Assembly: GCA_964016885.1 (NCBI GenBank) | Contig: OZ024742.1 | Span: 279,806,001 to 279,870,000, forward strand | Reading direction: 5' to 3' | From: Eledone cirrhosa | Lineage: Eukaryota | Length of the DNA: 64,000 nt | Shown here: piece by piece, positions 40,627 through 52,899 of the stretch | How positions within the stretch are numbered: position 1 is the stretch's first letter | Layout of the letters: each line of letters opens with the position of its first letter | The notes under the pieces: model-generated | Told to the model about the DNA's origin: nothing | Database searches by the model: none | The model's input: the letters and a program-made list of their open reading frames with translations, nothing else | Position numbers and translations under genes: made by a program

Positions 40627-40829
40627 TTAAAAAAATATTGACTTTTCAACAAGAAAAAACTTTTTTTAACTATTTCGCCTAAAGGCGTAGAATATTTTGA
40701 GAGACTGACCAGATCAAAGTTTGACCTGGCAGTCCCTCTACAAAATGGTACAAAAATTAAAGTTATCAGACAAGAATTTCTATAGAAATTTAAACAGAAC
40801 TTACTCAGCAAGTTATACGCGTGTGTCCA

Positions 40830-42401
40830 TCCCAGACTCGTCTCACTCACCGAGCTGCAATCCTGGGTCAAGCAAAGACCGAGAAAACTGGGCGCCTGGC
40901 ACACTGAGTGTGCCCAGGCGCTCACCGCCCTCTGGCAGGCGGATCCGGTTATCAGTGGAGACTCCACCGCAACATTCTATAGAGGGCTGGTACGCAGCAG
41001 GTGCGACGACGCCCTTGGAGAAGCCCTAGACATGGAGGAGGACGAACTGGCCAGCCTGTTCGGTAGAACATTCAGCCCGGGACCTATGGACAACTTCCAG
41101 AAGTCCCTGGCCTGGCAGTGCTACCGAGGGGCTTTACCCGTTCGAGAAAGGCTCTACAGACACGGGCGCCCGGGTAGGGACCCCGCCAAAAAGATCTGTC
41201 CCAGATGCGTGTGCGACGAGGAAACCGTTGCACACGCATTAGTACACTGCTCGGGCGTAGCCGATCTGTGGGGCTATGTCGAACAACTGCTGTCAAGGGT
41301 GGGACCGATCCGGTTGACCACCGAGTCTATTGTAATGATCAAGCCGCCTCCCCCCTTCAAAGATGAAGCAGAGGCGGTGTTTCTGTGCGTAATAGCCATG
41401 GCGAAAGAGGTTGTATGGTGGACGCGTCTGAAAGGACTGAGGTCGGGCACCTTTCTCTCTGGCCAACAACTGGTCCGTTTCTTCCGATATCATTTCGGAA
41501 GAAGGATCAGGATGGAGAGAGAGGTGCTGCACCCCAGCCGTTTCTATGAAAGATGGGTGAAAGTGGCGAGAATGGCCCGTGTGAATGGGCCTTCACTCTA
41601 CATCAGACTATAGGTGAGGAAGATGAAAGACCAAGGGAGCACCCCTTCTCTGTGCTCCTGAGGAGAAGGGTTGCACACTTTTTTCGGGGGTGTGTGCGAC
41701 CCCCCAAGGCGCCTCCTCTCTATTGAGGATTTTGTTAAAAATTTTATTTTTTGTTATATCTTATTTTATTTTTATATTTTGTTATTGCCTTCTCCTTATT
41801 GAGGACGCCTTTTTGTGTAAACTCCCCCCTTTGTACTTGTCCCACTTTTGATGCCCTAGTGGCAAATAAAAGAAATATATCTATCTATCAAGCAGAGGCG
41901 GTGTTTCTGTGCGTAATAGCCATGGCGAAAGAGGTTGTATGGTGGACGCGTCTGAAAGGACTGGGGTCGGGCACTTTTCTCTCTGGCCAACAACTGGTCC
42001 GTTTCTTCCGATATCATTTCGGAAGAAGGATCAGGATGGAGAGAGAGGTGCTGCACCCCAGCCGTTTCTATGAAAGATGGGTGAAAGTGGCGAGAATGGC
42101 CCGTGTGAATGGGCCTTCACTCTACATCAGACTATAGGTGAGGAAGATGAAAGACCAAGGGAGCACCCCTTCTCTGTGCTCCTGAGGAGAAGGGTTGCAC
42201 ACTTTTTTCGGGGGTGTGTGCGACCCCCCAAGGCGCCTCCTCTCTATTGAGGATTTTGTTAAAAATTTTATTTTTTGTTATATCTCATTTTATTTTTATA
42301 TTTTGTTATTGCCTCCTCCTTATTGAGGACGCCTTTTTGTGTAAACTCCCCCCTTTGTACTTGTCCCACTTTTGATGCCCTAGTGGCAAATAAAAGAAAC
42401 A

Positions 42402-42432
<31 letters not shown>

Positions 42433-42449
42433 ATATCTATCTATCTATC

Positions 42450-42480
<31 letters not shown>

Positions 42481-42613
42481 CTATCTATTGTTATATCTTA
42501 TTTTATTTTTATATTTTGTTATTGCCTCCTCCTTATTGAGGACGCCTTTTTGTGTAAACTCCCCCTTTGTACTTGTCCCACTTTTGATGCCCTAGTGGCA
42601 AATAAAAGAAACA

Positions 42614-42708
<95 letters not shown>

Positions 42709-42886
42709 ATATCTATCTGTCTATCTATCTATATATATTAATAACATTAATAAAGATGCTGATGTTACAAAAATCGTTTATTCATTATAATTATTTCAAT
42801 GGTTCGCTCATGCCATCAAGATGTAATTCATGCATTTGTTGTTGTTATGAGAACGGTATCCTCAGATGAAATTCGATTTTGTGATA

Positions 42887-42932
<46 letters not shown>

Positions 42933-42967
42933 TGGTAACACAACAGATAGATCACCATTCAGAGAAC
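40830..42967 (+). repeat. Right arm of inverted duplication (LINE 3' end, stacked copies, flanking DNA)
   Basis: Includes ORF2 tail 41032..41613, identical (TATC)n variant patterns and non-LINE flank 42732-42967. Confidence 0.95.
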
Positions 42968-42978
42968 GTGAATATATA

Positions 42979-43063
<85 letters not shown>

Positions 43064-43070
<7 letters not shown>

Positions 43071-43650
43071 TAGCGAAGCAAGCGGTTATTAAACAATTTT
43101 CTAAATAAATTAAAAAATGATTAAATAATCACCTGTTCAGACGCTGTACATTGTACCTGTTGAAGTATCCATCCACTTCTATAATTATTCTCCTTATGTA
43201 GAGAACAAAACGTTGAATAATGCTGCTAATTTTAGTGGCAATTCGACATGTTAATAATATCCAGCTTTTATCAGCGAACTGATTATGCGTGTGTGCCATT
43301 TTAACGGCTTGACCGCATGCGTTGGGCCGGGACCATAAAATTTACTTGCTATAAGGCTTGATACCTTATGGCGTGGGAATAGGACTGTCTGAAGATTCAT
43401 TTCTTTCCATTGGAAATTCGTTGGATTTTCAATCTTTCGGAATGATGAAACCGTCGGTAACAGCGTCTGAACAGGTGATTATTTAATCATTTTTTAATTT
43501 ATTTAGAAAATTGTTTAATAACCGCTTGCTTCGCTACTTTTATATTGTTCTGGTATCTCGAATTAGTGTCATTGAACCACATGTATTATAAACAACTTGA
43601 ATATTTCTACAAGTACATTGTACCTGTTGAAGTATCCATCCACTTCTATA
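43064..43650 (+). mobile_element. Non-coding HHR element: inverted arm + 467-bp unit with 38-bp terminal direct repeat
   Basis: 43064-43147 is the reverse complement of 43460-43543; 43146-43183 is identical to 43613-43650; in (TA)n. Confidence 0.8.
43385..43463 (+). ncRNA. Type I hammerhead ribozyme
   Basis: CTGT-CTGAAGA-tTCATT...AATGAt-GAAA-CCGTCGG-TA-ACAG; predicted GUA cleavage after 43459. Confidence 0.8.
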
Positions 43651-43818
43651 TATATATATATATATATATACATAGCCAGTGGGATGGCGTCATCTTATGG
43701 TTAAAACAGCACGAAGAAAAGGGCCTCATTACCCTGCGCGTCAATCGGGCCACTCCACGACGGCGGAGTGCAACCCGAGCGACGAGAGGCTGCTAAGAAT
43801 CACAGGGTCCTACTCGTT

Positions 43819-43850
<32 letters not shown>

Positions 43851-43853
<3 letters not shown>

Positions 43854-43998
43854 CGAAGGAAATGTGGTAAGGAACCAGGTGGACCATAACGCACCAAAGT
43901 ACTCAATACTTGAGGTAGTAGAGTGGGTAATAGGAACCAGTAAGACCCCGACAGCTGAGCGGCTTGAGCTCAGCTGTCGGGGTCTTACTGGTTCCTAT
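43851..43998 (-). mobile_element. Family A fold-back fragment
   Basis: Tail and HHR 3' side on the minus strand (43851-43960), inverted arm 43960-43998; a further 17-bp piece at 43805-43821. Confidence 0.75.
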
Positions 43999-44059
43999 AT
44001 ATATATATATATATATGCCTACCTATATATATATATATGCCTATCTATTTATATAAATA

Positions 44060-44147
<88 letters not shown>

Positions 44148-44244
44148 GGAATACTGTTGGCTTTTTGCTACAATACTTTCTATACCTTTCATTTATATAT
44201 ATATATATTTATATAAATAGGTAGGCATATATATATAGGTAGGC

Positions 44245-44324
<80 letters not shown>

Positions 44325-44340
44325 GCATATATATATATAG

Positions 44341-45047
44341 GTATTTCGATGATTAGTATGCTATAAATGTGCAATTAAAGTGTACTCGAGATGTAAGGTT
44401 ATCAGCTTGTCTCGTGACTCCGTCAGTGTGAGGAAACTTTCTCCAGACTGATCGTTACCAGTTGAATTTTCGAATATATATATATATATATATGCAAAAG
44501 TTCTATTTAAATTGTTGGGATACAACAAGCAAATATTTTTAAACTGATATAAAGCACTCAACAAGTATTTGGAGTAAACATAGGATATTAACAAATGGAA
44601 ACTGTATTTATAAAACCATATTTATTTTATTATACATATTTCAAGGACACGACGTTAAATTATGGTGTGCTTTCATCAGACAAAATACAATATAGATCAG
44701 TTTTATAAATAAATATTGACATACCCTTCCGGACAACACATATATATGTATTTATACTTATGTATATCTATCATCGTATTTTGTCCTAACTCCCTTATGG
44801 TTGAGTAAAAGTCAGGCTGAAGTAATCTGTTTCCTATGGCAACAGTTACTCGCCAATATTCTACTCTTTACTACCCTTTTGAAGACGGTAACACCACGTG
44901 ATAATTTTACCTTTCGAAAATTTAACTTGGTAGCGATCAATCTGGAGAACGTGTCCTCACACTGACAGAGTCACGAGACAAACTGAAAACCTTGCATCTG
45001 GAGTACACTTTAATTGCACATTGACAGCATACTAATCATCGAAATGC
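44341..45047. repeat. Diverged ~135-bp inverted repeat (44341-44474 / 44913-45047) enclosing a family F copy
   Basis: ATTTCGATGATTAGTATGCT...TTTTCGAA is mirrored as TTCGAAAA...AGCATACTAATCATCGAAAT. Confidence 0.7.
44492..44726 (-). mobile_element. Family F single-arm copy with HHR (about 44623-44687)
   Basis: Homologous to 31525-31760; CTGATGA...GAAA on the minus strand; TTGAGTGC at 44554-44561. Confidence 0.7.
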
Positions 45048-45436
45048 CGCAGTCGGACCTTTGATGAAAAGTTAGGTATATTTTTGTCTATTTTCGCTTA
45101 GCACTTATTATAAACAAACACATACACCACACACACACGCGCACATATTTATGTACATATACGTGTGTGCGTGTGTATATATGTGTATATATAAATGGTG
45201 CACTTTTAGGCTACGGCCAGCCACACGAACGTGTAACATAACCTGAATAAGCAATGCCTGTGCTTTGAGGGTTTTTTAAGTGGGGAAAGGCTTTGCACTC
45301 GACTAATCCCACTCTCTGAGCATCACAACACTACCCGAAAAGGAGAACTGGTCAACATCATCAGATGCTTCCGAATTTGCAGAATAGTGTTTTCATAGCA
45401 ATTGGGGGCCCGTTCACTCCCAGGTGAAAAAAAAAG

Positions 45437-45468
<32 letters not shown>

Positions 45469-45724
45469 GAAATACAAATATGACACCTTTATCAAATTAT
45501 CTATGTGTACCAACATGATCAACAATCAACATACCCACTTCACAGATTTTCATACATGTACGTCTCACAATTGACATGGTTGTAGCTGTGGACTTGGTGC
45601 TGATGATGCATATGTTGTTACAGTCGTTAATGCTGTCGTTACTCTCGGTGATGATCATAGAATTTGGTACACACAGACACACACAAACACACGGACTCTT
45701 TTCCTATATATATACCAAACAGTG

Positions 45725-45912
45725 TCATGGATTGGCAGTATCGGTAGAGGGTCGGTCGCCATGCTTTGACGTATAGAGTTACGGCTCTTGCCTTTCTCAG
45801 TTCAAATCCCGCCGAGGTTAACTTCGCCTTTCATCCTTACGGGGTCGATAAAATAAAGTACCAGTAATGCACTGGGTTAATGCTGGCCTTGTGCCAAACG
45901 TAGAAACAATTA
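45725..45912 (+). mobile_element. tRNA-derived SINE with Meta-domain-like core
   Basis: A box TGGCAGTATCGG, B box GTTCAAATCC, core GCCTTTCATCCTTACGGGGTCGATAAAATAAAGTACCAG. Confidence 0.7.
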
Positions 45913-45956
45913 TTTCTGGCAATATTATTACAATAATATGACCCTCCCGAAGTATT

Positions 45957-46026
<70 letters not shown>

Positions 46027-46030
46027 TGGT

Positions 46031-46065
<35 letters not shown>

Positions 46066-46901
46066 TAATCATACGTGGATAAATTTTATTTAAACGAGAT
46101 GATGAGATATATGTAATGAAATGTTGGAGCAAGACTGAATCCATATATAAGATAACCTACGAAAACAGAACTAAACTGAAAATATATATATGTGTGTGTC
46201 TGTGTATCTGAATATCATTGAATACTTATATATATGAATAAGAACTTCTTTCTCCCTCTTTTTTGCGATATTAATTTACACTCTCACGCACACCTACATA
46301 CTCTCACTACAGGAATGAGCTTCCACACACATACTGTGGGTGTGAGTTTATATGCATATCTGTATTAATGCTTATCATATATAGGATTTCTACGAAAATA
46401 TACACAACATTTTATTTATACATATATATATTGGTATATCACTTTCTTATCCTTTTATCAATCTCTCTCTCGCTCTCGTTTTCTATATATATATATGACC
46501 ACTCCACATAAATACCACAATTTAAGAATGACCTGTAGTATCGAATTTCATACTAATAACCTCAATTGAATATATATCTGACCAGGAATGCTTTTTCTGA
46601 AAATCAGTCTTATGGAACTATTGTCATCTTGCCTGACGGTTTGAACTTTACAACACCACCTGCCTCTTTGAGGCCAAATACCAACCCTACTAGCATCTAC
46701 AAAGGGACCAATGAGAATTAAGACTATTCCTGCTGACAACAGTAAATTATTCCTAACAAGCTCATATGTCCCAAGGCTCTGATACCATCAACACTATAAA
46801 CACAGAGCTGGCATATCTAAGAACTAACTAACTGCCTGTTGAGGTTATAGCCATTCAATGGCTATCATCGAAATATATATGTATATATGAATGTATGTAT
46901 A

Positions 46902-47496
<595 letters not shown>

Positions 47497-47554
47497 AACT
47501 ATTTTTTAGTTTCCTTGAAGCATAATATATGGTATAATGAATTCGACGTCGCAT

Positions 47555-47595
<41 letters not shown>

Positions 47596-48121
47596 TAATA
47601 AATAAAAGAGACGAATTTATTTGTACGTCTTTATGTTATTACATAATTCTATTACACGTATTTCGAAGATGTTATGGTGGTTATATAATAACCCCATGAC
47701 ATATTTTCATCAGATAGTGCAAGATGTATCTTTCTACCTTCTGACATATTACTAGTTTCTCGTGGTATTTGCATCGCTAACCAGTACATATATGATAGTA
47801 TTGGTATTATAGAAGTTATATGTGGAGTGGGATAATATATTGTTGCTAGCACCCTGTGACTGTAAGTAGGATACGGTATCAAATTACCAAATGAGACATT
47901 TTCTAGTTCATAGGTTCGTAGATTTGACTTGAATGAACAACTAATACTTTTTAAAAAAATTTGAATTTCGTATTTCTATTTCTATCCTAGCATTAATTAT
48001 TTGATAAGGAGATTTCCCTGATACTTGTGTTTTACAAGCCTTTAGCATTATAACCTGTGCTTAGATGTAAATCAATCGTAAGAGATAGTCCTTGATCATA
48101 ATACATGGAAGAAGACAACAA

Positions 48122-48288
48122 CCGTACTTCGCGGCGAAGATGCTACTTTTTTTTCATAAAATAAGTCTCGAAAATCTAACATGCGTCTTGGAGGCCGAAA
48201 GTTGTTCAGTATTTTTTTCAAATTTTTGCTTGTCAAAATTAGGGTGCGTCCTCGAGGACGAAACTTCTTCAGCGCCGGGAAATACGGT
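48122..48288. mobile_element. MITE with Tc2/pogo-like termini
   Basis: CCGTACTTC...GAAATACGG|TA; a similar right end at about 18780-18830. Confidence 0.45.
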
Positions 48289-48489
48289 AAATCATGGTCT
48301 CGACTATTGCCTGAAACAAAAGAAGTAAAAATATTCTGAAATGAACACTTGTTGGGGTTTGAGAATGTTGATTATTGAAATTGCAATTTCTGTCACCGTG
48401 TACTTCTCTCTAAAGCGGGTTTTGTTGTAAACTATATAACAATAAAAACAACAGGTAGATTATATTGCAAATCTTCCTGCATCTCAATT

Positions 48490-48830
48490 GTGATTACTTG
48501 TCAAATTTGTAGTAACATGTGTAAGACAACCTCCGGGTTAAAATGCTATATGAAGGTTCATCAACATGAACTTCCAGATCCAGATACAATAAAGTCAGTG
48601 CACATAGTGGCATGCATCTGTCACTTGAAAATCTGTTGCGGGATTGAAAAGTCACCTCCCGGCACATGTGGGAGTGTAAATTTGCTGGAAGGATTGATAT
48701 GATGTTGAGACGGCTATCTTCTGACAATATGAAGCAATCATCATGTATGCATTATGTATGTATGTATGTATGTATGTATGTATGTATGTATGTATGTATG
48801 TATGTATGTATGTATGTATGTATGTATGTA
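48490..48830 (+). pseudogene. Probable LINE 3' end with C2H2-like motifs and (TATG)n tail
   Basis: CQICSNMCKTTSGLKCYMKVH and a second degenerate ...GLKSHL motif directly before (TATG)n. Confidence 0.4.
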
Positions 48831-49378
48831 CATATATTATCTATATGTATGTACGTATAGATGTATATATGTATATATATTTGTGTGGGAATGTGTGTTT
48901 GTGAAATAACAATTTCTGTGAGACCATTTAAATGCATTAGTTCTTCAGCTCTATCCAATTTATTAACATGTCTGGGATTCTATCAATTCCAATCTATATC
49001 ATCATCATGTAAATTGCACCTCGCAAGCGCATGTATAGAAGTTGTCCTTTTTTACTCACTTTTGTTCTGTTTTCAATTAATCATCGTTGCATAACTGTCA
49101 TTTTCTGAAATAAATAACCATTCTTTTTTTAACCAGCTAGCGATAAATATATATATTAGTGGAGGATATGCGGGCAAGTGTTTAGTGCGGTCAGCTCAGG
49201 AACATAATAGAGTTGTAGTTTCGATTCACACACATGCACACGAGGAAACACACACACACGCGCGCGCGCGCGCTTACACATACACACGCACGCATACGCA
49301 CACACACATGCATACAGGCACGCACGCACACACACACATACATATACACACATATATATATATATATATACATACATA

Positions 49379-49800
49379 TATCAATGATATTAATACATGG
49401 AAACTATATTTATGAAACCATATATATTCTATTATATATATTTCAAGGGTACCAAAACTTTGGTAAGCTCTCATCAGATAAAATACAAAGTTTGTTTTAT
49501 AAATATTGACATATCCAGGAAGGAGATCTTAAGGGTTCAAGTTTTTGCTGAACCCTTAAGATCTCCTTCCTGGATATATCAATATTTATAAAACAAACTT
49601 TGTATTTTATCTGATGAGAGCTTACCAAAGTATTGGTACCCTTGAAATATATGTAATAGAATAAATATGGTTATATAAATATAGTTTCCATCTATTAATA
49701 TCATTGATATTATACTCCAGAAAACTTGTAGAGTGCTTCGAATCAGTTATAAATATATATATTTGTTGAATTACCAACAAATTAAATATCCCTTTTGCTT
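49379..49800 (+). mobile_element. Family F fold-back insertion with two HHRs
   Basis: Arms about 49379-49538 / 49549-49711. Minus HHR at 49425-49485: TATTTTAT-CTGATGA...GAAA-TATATA-TA-ATAGAATA; plus HHR at about 49603-49663. Confidence 0.8.
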
Positions 49801-49830
49801 ATATATAAATATATATATATTTATATATAA

Positions 49831-49954
<124 letters not shown>

Positions 49955-50040
49955 CGAATTTAGACGGGAACAAAACAGAGAGGCATACAAATAAAGATTT
50001 ATTAGGTTCACGTTTCATATATATAAATATATATATATAT

Positions 50041-50399
50041 ATTAGAAAGTGAGGTTTTCTTTACAAAATAAAAATAACCGAGGTGTCCTACACGAGTGAA
50101 AATATAAAGAAAAAAAGATGGAATCGAAAATCCAACTGGAGTCTTATTTTAAAAAAAATTATATATTTATTTGGTTCCTTTACCGGTTTTGCAGATCTTC
50201 TGCTTTTCAAAAGTAAAGTTGTGATTGAGGGTCTGTGGTTTTTCTCACATCTGATGTGAGAAAAATCACAGACCCTCCATCTCAACTCTACTTTTGAAAA
50301 GCAGAAGAACTGCGAAACCGGTAAGGGAACCAAATAAATATATATATATTTAAAAAGATAAGACTCCAGTTGCATTTTCGATTTCATCTTTATTTCTAT
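50041..50399 (-). mobile_element. Family E palindromic insertion
   Basis: Fold centre at 50252. Plus-arm HHR at 50291-50325: CTT-TTGAAAA-GCAG aagaa CTGC-GAAA-CCGG-TA-AGG. The minus arm carries the tail. Confidence 0.8.
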
Positions 50400-50571
50400 A
50401 TATATATATAAAAACCTACTACAGTCAGTAGGCATCTCTATCAAAACACACCCCCGCCCCACCACCTCCACCCCATCCACACCGCCCCTTTCAATGTAAA
50501 GTTATGTTGGTCCCACAACATCCAGGCCGAAACAAATGAGATCGTGTAGGTGTCACGACAAAAAAAAACAC

Positions 50572-50999
50572 ACAGTCCACGCTGTAAATGTGGCCGTGTA
50601 GGCAACACGGTAAAAACCTCTCAGCCCCACACTGTAAATGTGGTTGGTGTTAGGAAGGGCATCCAGCTGTAGAAAACCCGCCAGACAGTCCACGCTGTAA
50701 TGTGGCCGTGTAGGCAACACGGTAAAAACCTCTCAGCCCCACACTGTAAATGTGGTTGGTGTTAGGAAGGGCATCCAGCTGTAGAAAACCCACCAGACAG
50801 TCCACGCTGTAATGTGGCCGTGTAGGCAACACGGTAAAAACCTCCCAGCCCCACACTGTAAATGTGGTTGGTGTTAGGAAGGGCATCCAGCTGTAGAAAA
50901 CCCGCCAGACAGTCCTATGCGAGCAAGACAACCACTCTTGCCTCAAGTGGGAAAACCCCCGTCCAAACCCATGCAAGCGTGGAACACGGACGCTAAACC

Positions 51000-51030
<31 letters not shown>
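50572..51030 (+). mobile_element. SINE-like element with three tandem 112-113-bp internal units and (GAT)n tail
   Basis: Units start at 50572, 50685 and 50797, each with V-domain-like GTTAGGAAGGGCATCCAGCTGTAGAAA; 3' end CCCATGCAAGCGTGGAACACGGACGCTAAA(GAT)n. Confidence 0.65.
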
Positions 51031-51080
51031 ATATACATAGATGTGCACCAGTGCTGTGAAGCTGTCGACTCTTCAACAGA

Positions 51081-51259
51081 ACCATATTTGTTGGAAAAAG
51101 CTGCCAGCACCCGCCTGTTTAACTGCAACATACTGGAGTTTGGACAAAATAGTAATACAATCCACAACGATACATAGGTATATTTGTGTGCGGTGTCCCA
51201 CCTCCCTTACGGTAGAATTAAACAGGCGGGTGCTGGCTGCTTTTTCTAGCAAATATGGT
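51081..51259. repeat. ~45-bp terminal inverted repeat, MITE-like
   Basis: ACCATATTTG...GCCAGCACCCGCCTGTTTAA / TTAAACAGGCGGGTGCTGGC...CAAATATGGT. Confidence 0.6.
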
Positions 51260-51781
51260 AATCGCCGTACCTCAAATGCGGAAATTGCTGTAAAAGAGCC
51301 AGATTCTACGATCATAGAAGAAGAACGATCAGAGAAGAAGAGAGAGAGAGAAGATAAAAGGAAAAGTAAAGAAAAGTTAGGAGTGAAAGCGAGAACGAAA
51401 GGAATAGTACGTATGGCATATGATAAGAGATGTGAGAAATCGAGAGAAATAAGGAAGACATTTTGTTACGATCATCGTAGGAGCTAACTGTTTCACAACT
51501 ATCTCCAAGTTGATGATTCCTACAATTTTATAAAATATTTAGACGCTCAACACTCAAAATCTTTTCATATCACGCTTTAAAAGCACCCCCCGCCCCACGC
51601 ACATATATATCCCCCCCCCCCCACACACACACACTCTCAGGCGTGAAACTAATATTAACATTTTGTACTGCCTCTTCGCTTTCACGTTGTTGTTTTTTGT
51701 TTACTCTTTCCACTATAATATATATATAATTATATATGTACATATATATATATATACATTCTTATACACACACACATGCAT

Positions 51782-51855
<74 letters not shown>

Positions 51856-52544
51856 TTGTATGTGTGTGTGTGTATCTGCAAGTATATACAGATTTGCTCC
51901 GTTCTTTGAGGACACCTTTTTTTAATAGCTCAAACATGTTTTAAACTGTTCTGATTTTCATTTTGTTTCAGCTAAATGATGACAGATATCAAGCAAATTA
52001 CATACTTATACACACATATACACACATATAATTATATACATATCATTATAATAATATATATTATATATATATATATATATACACACACATATACATACAA
52101 CACAAACGTATAGATAGACAAACAGATAGATAGAAAGATAGATAAATAGATAGATGTGTATGTGTGTGTGTATGTGTCTGTATGTGTGTGTGTGTGTATG
52201 TGTTTGTATCTTCTACGTTTTTGTATATTTATCATTACAGTGTAACCTAAACTATAGTGAATTGTGTCGTAAAAAAAAATCAATTTTAACCCAGAGATCA
52301 TTTTCGACCATCAGCATCCATCATCATCCGTCACTCTCCATCATTGTCTATCAGCATCCATCAGAATCCGTCATATAATCCCACCAATTTACCAACATTT
52401 CCTCTTACACACCTCATCTGTCTTTATTATTTATATAGATGAGTAATATTAAGAAGGCGAAAAATAAATGATTTCATATATTTGCCAAAATAGCGCCAGA
52501 TGACTGGGGCATTACAAGACAGGTTAAAATACTGGTTTTACATT

Positions 52545-52680
52545 TGGGCACAATACCAACAATTTCGTGGGGAGAGGATAGCCGATTAATTAAACCCCAG
52601 TGCATTGCTGATACTTTATTTTATTGAGCCCGAAAGGTAAAGCTACCCTCCCCCTGATTTGAAAACAGAACGTAAAGAGA
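52545..52680 (-). mobile_element. Degenerate copy of the Meta-like SINE
   Basis: Reverse-complement similarity to 45790-45900. Confidence 0.5.
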
Positions 52681-52899
52681 CCTTTATATATGTCACAAAT
52701 ATGTTTTCCAACGTACTACTGCCATTGCCAACCTGCCACCATGTATAATAAGCTCTCTGAACTCAACACAAGACAGGGAACCAGAAGGCTCTATTACTGC
52801 CAAAGCCAAATGCCCCAAAACTGCAATAACGTCAACAACAACAGCGGTAGCAAAGGATTCAACAACAAATCCAAAACTTGCAGCCACAGGATCAACAGC

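Larger units (their letters stand above)
35107..40829 (-). mobile_element. Full-length Tx1/L1-clade non-LTR retrotransposon
   Basis: About 200-bp 5' UTR, intact ORF1 and ORF2, about 260-bp 3' UTR with AATAAA and TATC tail. Confidence 0.95.

Noticed and set aside
41032-41613. Independent 193-aa gene
   Set aside because: Duplicate of the LINE ORF2 C-terminus within the inverted arm.
34029-42967. DNA transposon with 2-kb TIRs
   Set aside because: The arms consist of LINE 3' sequence and flank; there is no transposase and no TSD was seen.
50572-50914. Regular repeats as a possible CRISPR array
   Set aside because: Whole units are duplicated with no unique spacers, the context is eukaryotic, and there are no cas genes.
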